A DNA stretch of 64,000 nt from Camelus ferus (lineage: Eukaryota). Under the pieces are notes generated by a model. The model was given only the letters and a program-made list of their open reading frames with translations. It made no database searches and had not been told where the DNA came from. The stretch lies in assembly GCF_009834535.1 (NCBI RefSeq), contig NC_045696.1, forward strand, positions 114,082,001-114,146,000, given 5' to 3'. Position 1 is the stretch's first letter. The number at the start of each line of letters is the position of its first letter. This document shows, piece by piece, positions 26,050-38,612 of this stretch. The translations under genes were made by a program, and so were the position numbers.

Positions 26050-26230
26050 ATAGAGCCCGGGATGGGATTCTTCTTTCAATGATTTATGGGGGGAGTGTTC
26101 CCAGAAGAATGGGAGCATGGAAGCAAGATGGGGTACGGAAGGAGGGAAGCAAGGATGTGGTCTCAGCTGGACCCTGGCTGCAAGATGATCCCGTGGGGAC
26201 ACCGACAGTACACCCTCCATGGCTCCTTTG
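26050..26230 (-). mobile_element. ERVL LTR16/33-like fragment
   Basis: 'gatttatgggggagtgttcccagaagaa...gggaagcaaggatgtggtctcagctgg'. Confidence 0.5.
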
Positions 26231-26886
26231 AAATGATACAAGGAGCTTGAAAGCTCAGTGAGTTTTGCAGTCATGCTACTTGACTGATGAAAAAATCATA
26301 TGAAGAAGAAACAGAGTTCTGTAAGCTCTTTCCTGTCTCAGAATTTTTGTTCTTCAGACACTTTTCTTTGGTTAAAATAATCTAGATAATAATCTTTTTG
26401 ACCTGTCATTCTTTAGATTTTTTTTTTATTTAAGAAATTGAATGTGGAAGAATTGACTACCATTTAATATTGCTTAAATTGCGTAATTGCTTAATATTGC
26501 TTAAATTACTATTCTGGAAAGAAATTGCAATGCACAGATAGACCTGGCAATGTGGGCTTGCATATTCAGTTTTTAAGTTTATATTAAAAAACAAATTTTC
26601 AAATCTAAAAATAATTCATGGTTTAATTGTTGCATAAAGGATGACAATTAAGTAGCAGCTCACCAGATGCATACAGAGAAAATTTGTGCAAACATTCAAT
26701 AAGACACATATTGAAAGTGTCTAGGGAATTCTACCAGCCTGAGTGGACTGAGCAATGCATGAAACTTCTCACTTGAATACAGTTGGTGGTGATTATTTCA
26801 GTGTGTGTGTGTGTGTGTGTGGAAAGACATGCTGGCCAGCATGGGATAAGATTGCAAGAATGATGGGGTTGATTGGCAGATTTTAC

Positions 26887-27056
26887 TACAGCTAAATAGA
26901 GAATATATATATATCCTCTACATTGCTAAATACAGAATATATATTCTCTCTGTATACATATTTTATATAAATTCTCTTTCTATATATATAGTAAATATAC
27001 AGCTAAATAAAGAATATATATATTAAATATACAGCTAAATAGAGAACATATATGTT
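26887..27056. repeat. Degenerate AT-rich tandem repeat
   Basis: Motif 'taca(g/tt)gctaaata.agaa.atata' occurs four times. Confidence 0.7.
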
Positions 27057-28199
27057 CCATGGGGATATATATTTATCCCCATACGGTCTTATTTCATATC
27101 CATTTTGCTGCTAGCACCAGAATGGAAATAGCATTTTGTTACCTAAATTTGGTTAAGGGAAAAATAGATTAAAATTCATACAACATTTTGCATGTGATAA
27201 TGTGATAAAATTTGCCAAAATTACACATTATCTCTTCTTGCCCCCTTTCTAACTTGTAAAAAAAAAAACTCAATAATTTATTCCATCTCTGAGGGTGTTT
27301 TTATTGAATTTTAATTTTTTTATTCTTCCACTGATTCTTTTTTATTATTCCACAATTTTTTTTTACATACGTGCACAAAAAGATACGAGAGATCTATGTG
27401 AAACAACAAACAAAAAAGCTCAAGTGCATATAATACGATCCAAAATAATATATATTCATGGAAAAAGACAGACAGGCATCTATCTGGACCCCTAATAAGA
27501 GATACATTTCCCTATGAGAACTACAAAAATATCCTTAAAGATGGGGGTGGGGGAAGAGGGGCTGGGGGGTGGGGAGAAGAGCTGGAGGACTTTGAAGGCA
27601 AGCTGGAGAGCATAAAGGATTGCCGGGAGTCCCAGCATAAAGGTAGCTTAGAAAAGATCAGAAAAATGATAGGATTCTTTTCAAGGCAAGCAGAATTACG
27701 TGAGATAACCGTAGGGGTTTAGCAAAGTGCCAGAATCAAAAGGGAGGATCCGTGAGGACGGTGGGAGCTGAGGGTGTCAAGAAGATGTTGGAGGGAGAAG
27801 AGTTCAGAGAGTCTGAAGGGGACGGAGTTGAAGTCAGGTCAAGAGAAGGTTCTGCTGCCACGGCACAATCTCCTGTGGTTTACATCCTAACCAGAGTCCT
27901 TATTGCCTGCTTAATAAAAAGTAGTAAAGAAATAATCATCCCGTCCTAGACCTGGAGCCTGGCCTGGGCTGCATCTCCGGGCCCTTGCCGGACCTGGTCC
28001 TTCCAGGGCTCTGCTTCAGTTGTCACAGGCGCCTCCCCACCGAGAGGTCATCCTTGCCCTCTTGTCATGGGTTGCTCCAATCCTACTCTGTCCTTGCTTT
28101 CCATCACCAGTGGTTCCACCTCACCACCCACTTTGTGCAGTGAGCAGCTGCCAAGCCCATTCTAGCTCTGTGCGCACCCTTTCCTCCTTCCTGTCCAGC

Positions 28200-29090
28200 C
28201 AGGGAATCCCCAAGTTATTCTGACTTACCTCCAAAATATGTCTCAAATATATTTATTCCTTTCTTTCCTTGCCACCATTTCCCGTCTTTCTAGTTCAATC
28301 TTTCATCTAATTTGTCTCTTGACTTGTTTTGCCCTCTTAAAAACTACCCTCCACACAGCTTGCTGGGATCATCTATCAAAAAATGGAAATTAGATCACAT
28401 TACTCTCCTGAATAAAATGTGTTGCTAGTTCTTCACGGGCATCGCCTACAGGATACATTCCAAGTTTCTTCACTCGGCTTAAAAACTTTTACATGATCTG
28501 GTTCCCATTAGGCTCTCTGCTCACCACTTTTACCTGCCAAGCTACATCCCGGCAGCCTTGATTTTTGCTGCCCTTTTAAAAAATTTTTTTTAATTAATTT
28601 TTTTGGGGAGGAGGCAATTAGCTTTATTTTATTTATTTATTTTTAATGGAGGAACTGAGGATTGAACCTAGGACTTTGTGCATGCTAGGCATAGGCTCTA
28701 CCACTGAGCCATACCCTCCCCGAATTGTGGTCCTTCTGTTGAATGTGTTTTCTACTCATGATGCTGTCCTTCTCCACCCCCCGCCACTCTTGACTAACTC
28801 ATTCATTAAGACTCAGCTCACTCTCATCTGAGTTTTCTCTGAGACCTCACTCCTGCTGCCCTCCCACTGTCCCTAGCTGGGTTAGGGGCTCCTCTCCATC
28901 TCCTGTGCGTCTCCCGGTCACTGTCAGTTCCATCACGCCACATACTGTGCACATCCTGCATGATGCGTGTGTCTGCCTATGACTGAGTGTCTGGAAGGAA
29001 GGACAGAGCCTTTTTCACTTGAGACCTGCTTTGTGCCTGGGGCATGATAGGCACTAAAAAAATATTTGCTGGAAAAAAAAAATAAATGGA
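28200..29090 (+). mobile_element. L2 3' region, interrupted by a SINE
   Basis: 'ccctccacacagc...tagatcacattactctcctg', 'tgcctggggcatgataggcact..aaatatttgctgga'. Confidence 0.65.
28580..28721 (-). mobile_element. tRNA-derived SINE (Vic-1-like)
   Basis: 'ggattgaacctaggactttgtgcatgctaggcataggctctaccactgagccataccctcccc'. Confidence 0.88.
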
Positions 29091-29849
29091 GAACGAAAGA
29101 GTAAAATAAGGCTTTAGGATCACAACAGGCAGGGAGACGAGGTTGGGAGAGGTGTTTCCTCCCCTTCCTCTATTATTGCTGCTGCTATTCAGAGCCATCA
29201 CTAAGTGGGCTTTCCCAGCAGCACCGGAGAGTGTTGTCTCTGCTCCCCACCCAGCTTGTCTGCAAGCATTTTTTTTCCTATTTAAGGAAATACAATGCCA
29301 GCGTGGATAATCACCACTTTTACTTGCAGCACTAAGATTCCTTGCTCCAGGGGATCATGATGGCTTGCCGAATTCTAAGGAAAAAAATACTGAGCTGGTG
29401 CTTGTGGGTTTCCTTGTTAGATTCCAGACAGGTAGGCAGGGTCAGACTTGTGAGTCATCCTAGAGGTGCATTTCTGAGATTTCCAGATTTCCGAGGTAGA
29501 GTCTGAAGGTCCCAATTCTCCCAAAGCATTTTCACAGACTCTTCATGACTACGATTGCCAATAGGAAGGGACGAGGTTTCTAAAAGTTCAGACTGGGCAG
29601 GATGACAGGCAGCCATGAGAGCCTGGGACAAACTCTGAGTTGCAATCTATGCATCTGAAAAAAATGGGATGATAGCATCTACTTCTTGAGAGTGTTGACC
29701 TCATGAAGTTAATAACGCCTGTGAAAGTCTTGGCACTTTGTTGAGTAGGTACTCAACCGTGAAGTTTCTTCACCCTTTTAAATCTAGACTAGAGGCTTAA
29801 CAAGGATCACAGCTCTGCTCTTAGTTCTCTGGACCGGTGCTATTCAGAG

Positions 29850-30020
29850 TCAGAGAGTGCGCCTTGAACTAGTGGCATCAGCACCATCTGGGAGCCTGTT
29901 ACATCCTCAAGCCCTCCCATCCCGGCCCTGCTTTGGAAATTCCTGGGCGGCACCCAGCTCTCGGGTCGAACAAGCCCTCCAGGTGATTCGGGTGGCTGCT
30001 GGGCTTTGCCAACCACAGCT
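29850..30020. mobile_element. MER5-type MITE
   Basis: 'gcatcagcaccatctgggagcctgtta...aacaagccctccaggtgattc...gggctttgccaaccacagc'. Confidence 0.6.
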
Positions 30021-30688
30021 TTCGTATCTGTCGGTTCCTGAGCTCCCACCTGAGCCATGAGTACACCTATCTTTTTCTGCTCATGGCCTTGCATAGCTGG
30101 CAGTTGTCAGAAGAAGTTATACATTAACCGAGCAAATATTTTTACTACAAATTCATTCTGTTTACCCTTTAGCTCTGACCTCTCAGTCGAGTCCAGACTT
30201 ACACTTCCAATTCTCTCCACGTGAAATAAAACTGTTTTAGAAGATGTGAAACTCACCATGGTTACAACAACTCACTCCTCCCTTCCCCCTACCCTCTTCA
30301 AAAAACAGAAACAAACCATCAGACCAACAACTCTGACTGCCCTCTCTCCTCCTAGGTCCCCTGTTTTAATAATAGAGAAAGTTATTTGCTGAACACCGGC
30401 TGTCTGTGTACGTGGCATGTCTCGTTCATCGATTTCTCCCCGTGAGTCCAGAAGGAAGGACTACTGGGACTGCCCAGCTAACAGACCAGGACACTGGGGA
30501 CCGAGGAAATTAACCATCCCACTCCAGGGTCCACAGGTAGTGCTGGTCAGGGGCCCCAGAGGGAGATTCTCCTGCTGTGGTGGGGGTTGGGAGGAAAGGG
30601 ACCTGCTCTCTCTTGATCTGCTTGGAGTCAGATCCGGTTTATGGCCAGCAGCAGGGTTTTCCCGTCATGTAGAAAGAGAGGGGCTCTC

Positions 30689-30690
<2 letters not shown>

Positions 30691-30726
<36 letters not shown>
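30691..30726. repeat. (GT)18 microsatellite
   Basis: Seen directly. Confidence 0.95.
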
Positions 30727-30729
<3 letters not shown>

Positions 30730-30799
30730 TATGTGTGTGATGTGTGTTCCCCCAGGTTCAAGAAGACTGAATTAAGCAATTTCATGGCGGGAGCTGGGC

Positions 30800-31258
30800 A
30801 CTAATCCGGGAACTTTAACTCCTCCCTTATGGGTCCTAGCACATTCCTCTCCTCGCTTGCTCTCGAGTAAAACTGGGCCACGTTGTTTCCACTGAGCCAC
30901 GCATGTCTCTTCATAAATTGACTGTTTGCCGCTTTATGCTCTTGTTAGTTTGTTTCCCTATAACTGACTTCGGGGATGTGGAGATGAAGATCTATTTTCC
31001 TCGTTACTTGGGAAAATGAGAGTTTAATTTTTTTTCATTCCAACTCTTTAAATATATACAACAAAGTTATTTAAGAAACAAGGAGGAGTTTTCATAAAGA
31101 GGGTTATAAATTCAGAGACATGGAGGAGAGGATACGTGTAGCCAAAAAAAAAAAAAAAGAAAAAAGAAAAAAGAAAAAGCGGTGTGAATAATGAGAACAT
31201 CTGGAGTGTGGGCTTTGGTAATTTTTGGTTCCATCATTTGCATTTTAAATGGGTGAGC
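30800..31258 (+). promoter_or_regulatory. Candidate promoter/first exon ending at a GG|gtgagc donor
   Basis: Repeat-free region; TATAAA 31105-31110; two TTCATAAA motifs and forkhead-like TGTTT motifs; ATG 31191; donor GT 31253-31254. Confidence 0.35.
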
Positions 31259-33181
31259 AATAACACAGCAGCTATTCATACGTGTCTCTGTCCAGTCTGA
31301 CTTAAAGTACACACTTATGATTTCACCCTGAAAGCTGACAAAGTTTTCAAAGCACCATCATCTCCACCCATGTCTCTGCCCCTGGGACACGTCGTTCTAA
31401 GGTCAAGCAGAGGCTTGGTGAGGCCAGTAGCTCCAAAAAAGCGGCCGTGGAAAGCCCTGGGACCTGAGAACTCGTGTTGGACACTTCCTCCTTCCACACA
31501 GTGGAAATTTGCTCTCTGCTGGCTTCATCCAGCCTCTGCGCACGTGAGCAGAGCAGAATGCACAGGGCGTTTGGAAATGGATGTGTCTCCTTCTTAATTG
31601 TCAGTGTCTGTTTCCCCCCTTCCTATCGATGCATTAAAGGCTTATTCTTTGGAAAGTAGATGTCCCAGGAGAATATGATCCAACCCTAGTTACTCATTTG
31701 AGAGCTTCCTTCAAGTAAGAGAGTGTTCCTTAAAATAGAAGGGGATTTTCACTTGGAGAGCTGGAAGGTTTTCCCTTCTCCTCCTTAGTCATAGAGGTTG
31801 TGTTATCTGAGATACATCCTTCCTTTCCATTCTGCTTCCTGACTCATTTAAAAAAAAAAAAAAACACCAAAGAATAGACTTCATTATTGAAAACATTTTC
31901 TTTATGCATTTGATTAAAGCCTGGTATTTTCTGTTGATAAAAAAATTTAGACCTGTCAGAGTTCAGGGTAGTTGCTGCTTATGGCATTTAGGGACAGATT
32001 GTGTATGCAAAGTGATGGTGAAAAGCCCATTGGCTCTTGCTTGGGGTCAAGGAGCAACCTTGGAAGATTAGCATTTCAGCTCACAACTGTGTTAGAGGGT
32101 ATGCCCTGGGCAGTGTTCCACATACCATGCTGCCCCCATGGGGATACGGTAGATCCTGTCCAGTTACCTACATTGCCAAGACTTTGTTTTCTCTCTTATC
32201 CTTCCTCATGTACTTATCAAGGTACTGAGTCTCCTTTCCACTTACTCTCACATCAGCTTCAAGCCCACAATGAGCTATGCAAGATTTGGAAGGTCTTTTC
32301 ATATCCTTGGACTTCAGTTTCTTTTAAAATGTTGGTTATATTATCTTTAAAGTCTCCATCAGCTCAAAAATTCTATACTTTCTTATCTATGCTTTTATAT
32401 TCTAATGCATTTGACACTGGCCTTAATTTTTAAGGTCTTCTTGGTATTTAGTTCTCATCTGAGATAAATGTCACAAGCAGAGATGGGAGGAAATAGTATC
32501 TTGGTGTCTTAAGTACAGGAATTAGAAGTTCATGAATTACAATGATCCTTAAATTAATTGGTGGCAAAGTTACCTTTATATCATTTTGTCTCAGATGACT
32601 CTTGTTCAAAAGGCAGACAGTATTATTTGGAAGTCAAAGAAAGAACCCTGGGAGATGTAATTATGAATGCTATGCAGATAAACAAGGACAGTGGTAACAG
32701 TTATGCTTGACTATTATACGGAAACCTTGGAATTGTATTGCCTCTTGTTAAGAGTATAACATAGTGTGGTGTTTTGCTAGAAGGCTGTGTATGCTCAATA
32801 GTGGGAATCCTGAAATAAACTCCATCATCAATTAAAAGCAAAGATACCATTTATTCTACGGGCTTCTGTAAACCCAACTAGAGTCGTCACCTGTTCTCGT
32901 GTAAAATTTTATGTGTCCTAAGAGCCTTCATATATCACTCTGTGGCAGTTTCAGTACTTTTAAAACCAGGATAGATGTCCACTTAAAAAATTATATGGGT
33001 TAATTGTAAGATTTGAAAGAGAAAAGTATTTTTTAGACAAGAGGGAAAAATGATCTCCTCATTTGACTTTTTTGCTTTCTCATTTCCTTTGGATAAACCC
33101 ATCGCTTTCATTATATAGTGATAGAATATTAAAGAATAATTGATGTAGTTTGGGAAAATTTTATAAACATGAAGACACATG

Positions 33182-33318
33182 GAGACAGTTATTTTGACTA
33201 ATGTCTATATCTAACCATAAATTAAAATACTGAAAGGAAATTAGATAAGCATTAAGACAAGTTGAGACAGTTATTTTGACTAATGTCTATAGTTAATCAT
33301 AAACTGAAATACTGAAAG
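33182..33318. repeat. Local tandem duplication, period 82 bp
   Basis: 28-nt identity gagacagttattttgactaatgtctata at 33182-33209 and 33264-33291; similarity continues to 'tactgaaag'. Confidence 0.9.
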
Positions 33319-34228
33319 CAAACACAAACACAGGCTCTTTCTTGAATGCAGGACATGACAGGCTCCTTGATGCTCGGAAAACCACAGGTTTAGCTGCAAA
33401 GTAAGTTGTCCGGATTGTTCAGGGCAGTGGTTCCTATTTTAAACAATCTGAGGATGTAGTATGTGTTTTCCAAGCTAGTGTTTAAAAACCTTCATAAATA
33501 TGTATTCCCAGGATATAGCTGTTCGAGAAAGTCTTGTCAACTTTCACGCACTTTTGTGACAGATTGTTTTTCTTTGTCATACAAAGGATACGCGGCTGAT
33601 TCAAAGCTCAGAACAGTTCAATAGCAGTTATATGAGACCATGACAAGTTCTGTCTAAGCTTGTTTAAAAATATTCCTCAGGGAATGCTTCAAAGAACGGC
33701 ATACAACGACAACAGGAAGAAAACTGCTTTATTAATAGTTGGCAATTCTTACCCATTCCAGGCATGTTGCAGGGCCTCTGCTCAACCCAGTCATCCATTA
33801 TCGTTAGCATCCAGCTCTAGAACAACTGTTTACATGTCGTACAAGTATTAAGGAAGACTTTCATGCACGCTAAGTTCTCACTTACGTAAAATAAATCGAT
33901 ATGAAACAAACAGAAGCAATGGGCAATACAGGAAATTGTCTTCTCTGCTTACTGATCTAGTTGGCACTCCCTGTCATCAAAATGTGGATAGAGTGGTTCC
34001 AGCTCAGGGTCTTTTCATTAGCCCTCCAGCTGAGAGAGAACTTTTAATCTCCCACTTTTCCTTCTCGGCCTCTTTCTCATTTTCCCTTTCTTCTCTTTTC
34101 TTAACATCTCTTCTATCTTCTTTCCCACTGACATGCCATTTCTCCTGCCTCTGTTGTTTCCCGTTTCCTCTTCATTCTTTTATTCCTACGTTGCGTTTAC
34201 TTCTTCCCTTCTCTTGTCTCCCTGCCAG

Positions 34229-34360
34229 TGCTGGAATCACTACAGACTGACGGAGCCAAGTTCATTGCAACTGCAAGGACAGGATTTGATGTCAACCACA
34301 GAAAATCGATCACTTATGAATTTTCCTTTTGTTTCTATGGGCAATTTCGAGATATTAAAT
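34229..34360 (+). other. Candidate 132-nt internal exon of an unidentified + strand transcript
   Basis: 188-nt AG-free pyrimidine tract, acceptor ctgccAG at 34227-34228, donor AAT|gtgagc at 34361. Confidence 0.45.
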
Positions 34361-35394
34361 GTGAGCTTTTTAAAAGGCATGCCTTCATCAGAGGTGTATT
34401 TATATAAAATCAATACATGTGAAATACAAGAGTGGAATTAGAAAACATTAAAGAAAAAAAAACAAATACTATTTCATTCACTAATGGCCACTAATGACTG
34501 TTTTGACTTAGCCTATTAAGTAAACAAGCAAAGAATTAGCTCATTTGATTCAACTCTAAGTAGCAGATAATTCATGAATAAGTAAATTATACTTTCTTGC
34601 TATGGTATATTAACAGGAAGCTTTTGAAGTTAACAATATCTCAGATCTAGAACAAATTTGGCTCCTTTAAAATGAAACAAATGCAGGAAAACAAAGCCTG
34701 GGGTCACGTTACGCAAGCCCAGCCCTCTGGGATCCAGCCTCAGCTCCTTGAGAAAAGGGAGAGCTGACCTGCTAATATAAGCTGTCTGAATACTGGGCAA
34801 GCAATAGCTTATATTCTGTTTACACTGGTCCTTAGGAAGCAAATATTGAAATAAAAATGTTCTGATGTCAGCCCTCTGTGTCTCCAGAACCTCAACATTA
34901 ATATCTAGGTAAAGGTAAGCACTAAAAATGTGAAATTGAAAAGATACTACTGCTGAGTCTCAAGACATCGTTTTGAAATACGAAAAAGGAATGTGATATA
35001 ATTTTAAGAGTAATGTAGCTAAAACATTTATTCCAAATCTATAAAGACTGCTGATTAGACACCCCAATATCTTTCTGATCACTAAGCAGGTCTTTCTTGC
35101 CAGGCTCTCAGGAACACACCAGCTAATCAACGGCACATTGTTAAATCATTGCTATTTATCACATATACTCTACTCTCTTGGTTGTACTATAATTTGCAAG
35201 CTATTGTATTAAAACTACTTCAGCACATGGCCTTATAAATATTAAAGTCATTTAATTAAAATTAGCTTGCAATGTTTTTTCGATCTAGATTAAAATGAAT
35301 TTCTAGCTTATTTTGATATTAACCTACGCTGTTTTGTGCTAACCTAGACTTTTTTTTTTTTTTTGGTCTTCCCTAAATAAAGTTGATAGCATAC

Positions 35395-38129
35395 TCTTTT
35401 TTTTTTTTAAATAACTTTTATTTGGAAATAATTTTAAGTGCACCGAAATTTTCAAGAATGAGAATAGTAGAAAGAAGAGATTTCCTCTATTCAGGTTCAT
35501 GTATTGTTAACATTTTCCCCCATGTGCACCTGCTCTCTCTCTCTCTCTCTGTATAATGCGTGTGTGTGTGTGTATATGTGTACACGCAGACGTAAGTACA
35601 TATTTCTTTGTGGATCAGCTAGAGTCAGTTGCATACATCACGGTGCCTTACTGGGGGAAGCCCAGAGCCACAGTGTGCATTTCATCTCTACCCTCATTGT
35701 GTCTACAGACCCAGTATGCCCTTTTTAGCTCCCTCTTCACTCCTCAGCCTGGCTCCCAGTCCAGGAGCCTGTCCAGCAAAGGGCATTGCATCTTGCTGTC
35801 TTGTCTCTTTAATCTTCTTTAATCTGGAACATTTTCATAGCCTTTCTTTGCCTTTTATGACGGAAGTTCCTCATTCAGAGTTTGCCTGATGTTTCCTAGT
35901 GATTAGCCAGTTTATGCGTTCCTGGCTGGAATATTACGTAAGTGACACTGGATACCTCAGGGGTCAACTGAGGGCCCACGATGTTGGTCTGCTCCATGTT
36001 AGTCGTGTCAGTTTTGGTCACCTGGTCAAGGGTTGTCCTCTGTCTCCACTGTGTAGTTACTAACTTTTTCCTTACAGCTAGTAAGCAATCTGTGGGAAAC
36101 ACACTAAGATCATGTGAGTATGCTGCCCCGCATCAAACTTTCTCCTAGATTTAGCATCAGTTGATGATTCTTGCTTGAACTGATTTTCTCTCTGATGGTT
36201 GCAAAATGAGCAAAACTCTGGTATTCCACATGTATCCTCTGACACCTACATTCTACCATAAATAAGATCCCCCCTTTCTTTCTCATTTCTTTATGAATTT
36301 ATTAGCAGTAAGAACTTACAGTTTCCTTTTTTTCCCCCTCTCAATAGTTTATAATTCATTACTGCCCTTAAACCTCTGGTGCTCAATTTCCCCAGGTTTG
36401 GCTAGTGGAACCCCTTCAAGCTGACTCACATCTATGACTTGGCCTCACCATTTTGGGGAGCACTTCCTTATAAGATATTCCAAGGTCGTCTTGAATCCAT
36501 CCTTCCCAGCCCCGGAATTGGCCATTTTCTGAGGAGCCCTGTTTCCTTTTACTGCGGAGTGGTATTAAAAACAAGATCTGTGTGCTAGGTGTGTTCATTG
36601 CCACTGAGATATCTTTGTGTCTAAGGCCTTTTGGCATACAAAGCGAATAAATCTATGTGCATATGTACATGTATGCAAACACATCCTTACATATACATGC
36701 ACGCACAAACATAGGTTCACCAGTTTCTCCAAATCCAGTCCATCTCCAGAGGGTTCTTTTCCACCCTCTGCCATTCTGTAGTTTGGATGTTCCTGCTTTG
36801 GTAGTGAGAACCCTGCCTCCCAACCATAGGGACACATTTATTCCTTTATTGCTATCACCCAGGATGCTTTCAGAATTACTTCGCTCATACCACTACAATG
36901 AACAAACCAAAAAAAAAAAAAAAAAAGAGTTTAGGTTTTGTGTGCAGTTCCCCTCAACTCCACAACCTGGCACAAGATCGAAGACATATATTTGAATTCA
37001 GATACTCTGCTCATCTTGTTTCTTAGATTGGTTTTTTTCCCCTTTTTTCTCCCTGTTCACTATGAACATGGTATTCACTTGAAATAGAATCGAGTTCACT
37101 GTTTCGGTTTGCTTTCGGTTTTAGGTTTTGAGATTGTTTTCCTTCCCATCTTTGTTGATGTCATTTATGACCATCTAGAACAGTAGCTTGCTTCCAAAGT
37201 TCAAAAGCATACAAAAAGTTACTGTCAGGAGGGTCTCTCTCTCCTAGATGCCTTCCACCTCGTCCCCTCCTATCCTTGTTTTGTGTTCTTATCCTTCCTG
37301 TGTTTCTTTTGGAAGAGACAACAGATAAATGTATGTTATTTTAATTCCCATTCTTTTTTCCTTAAAGGGGACATTCGCTCTCTCTCCCTTCCCCTCCCCC
37401 CACCTATCGAACTGCTTTATTGAATTTTACTTTAAAAATTTTTTTTTTTTTTTTGCTTAACAATATCTCTGGGAGATAAGTTTATATCAGTTCGTAGAGA
37501 TCATTTTCCTTTTTACAGCTTCACAGTGCTTGATTGATAATAAACCAATCTTCTATGCTTGGGCATTTATATAGTTTTATAGTTTCTGGTATTTTGCAAC
37601 TGCACCTAATGTTGCAACGATTAACCTTGTGCATTTTCATATTATTGGAAGCATAATATTCAGGATGAATTCCTACAAGTGGAATTGTCTGTGTAGTTTT
37701 ATTAAATACTGCTGAAGTTGCCTCTACAGACAAATCTGCCTTCATTTTGCATTCCCGCTAGCAATGCATGAACATCCCAGTTCCCCAAAGCCTCACCAAA
37801 AAACAGAGTACATTGCCATGCTTTTTAATCTTTGCCAGTTTAATAGATGAGAAATGGTATCTCCCTATAGTTTTAATTTGCATTTCCTTCATTGTGAGTT
37901 GTATCATATATCTTTCATATGTATAGGCACCATTTTTATATCCTAAAAACTTTTGCCTGTTTATATCTTTATTTTTCTTTAGGATTTTTGAGTTTTTTTC
38001 CCTCTCAATTTTAAAGCATTATTTGTATAGTAGGTTTCTCAGCTCCTTATCTGTGTAATATGTTGCAAGTGTTCCCGCTCCCCCACCCCCCAGTTTACCA
38101 TTTACCTTTGACTTTATTTTGGTGTTTTT
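35395..38129 (-). mobile_element. Old L1MC/MD-type 3' region and ORF2 end (composite, diverged)
   Basis: 'ttttaaataactttattttggaaataattttaag', 'ttttggtcacctggtcaagg', 'tttgccagtttaatagatgagaaatggtatctc...gttttaatttgcatttcc'. Confidence 0.7.
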
Positions 38130-38160
38130 ATTTTATTTTTATTTTTTTCCATTTTTCCAT

Positions 38161-38612
38161 TTCATTATATAATGATACAGATGAACACCCAGATGAAGGA
38201 GTACATAGGGTAAGATCTGGAAGGGTCCCAAGCCCAGGAGCTTCCAGCCTTGTGGAGCTGGGGAGCACTATCTTTCCATTGATTTGGATGTGTTCACCAA
38301 CCCAGCAGCTCTCCAAACCCCATCCTTTGGGGGCTTCATCACATAGGCATGATCTGTCATTGACTCAATCTCCAGCCCCTCTCCCGTTCCCAGAGGGTTG
38401 GGGGTAGGGCTGAGGGTCCCCAGTTTCTAATCATGGCTTGATCTTTCTGGTAACCAGCCCCCAATTTGAAGCTACCCAGGAGCCTACCAAGAGTTGCCTT
38501 GTTAGAAAAAAAGACACCCCTATCACCCAGGAAATTCCAAGGGACTTGGGGGCTCCCTGTCAAGATCCAGGGTCTAAAACCCAATATTAGACCAGGAGAT
38601 GGTCCTAGTGCT
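38161..38612 (-). mobile_element. MER21-like LTR fragment carried as an L1 3' transduction
   Basis: 'ccagatgaaggagtacatagggtaagatctggaagggtccc...ggatgtgttcaccaaccc...ggcttcatcacataggcatgat...tctttctggtaaccagcccc'; lies between two poly(T) tracts, inside the L1 TSD. Confidence 0.75.

Noticed and set aside
27543..27574. G-quadruplex-capable G-run cluster
   Set aside because: The motif is real but common in mammalian DNA, with no context suggesting function
31120..31191. Basic mini-ORF MEERIRVAKKKKKEKRKKKKRCE*
   Set aside because: The lysine run is just an A-rich tract whose length sets the frame
31972..32433. 153-aa ORF, the longest non-L1 ORF
   Set aside because: TTG start, no recognisable homology or splice framing; within chance expectation for 64 kb
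33182..33318. CRISPR-like repeat-spacer pattern
   Set aside because: Only two copies, similarity extends into the 'spacer', mammalian context, no cas genes
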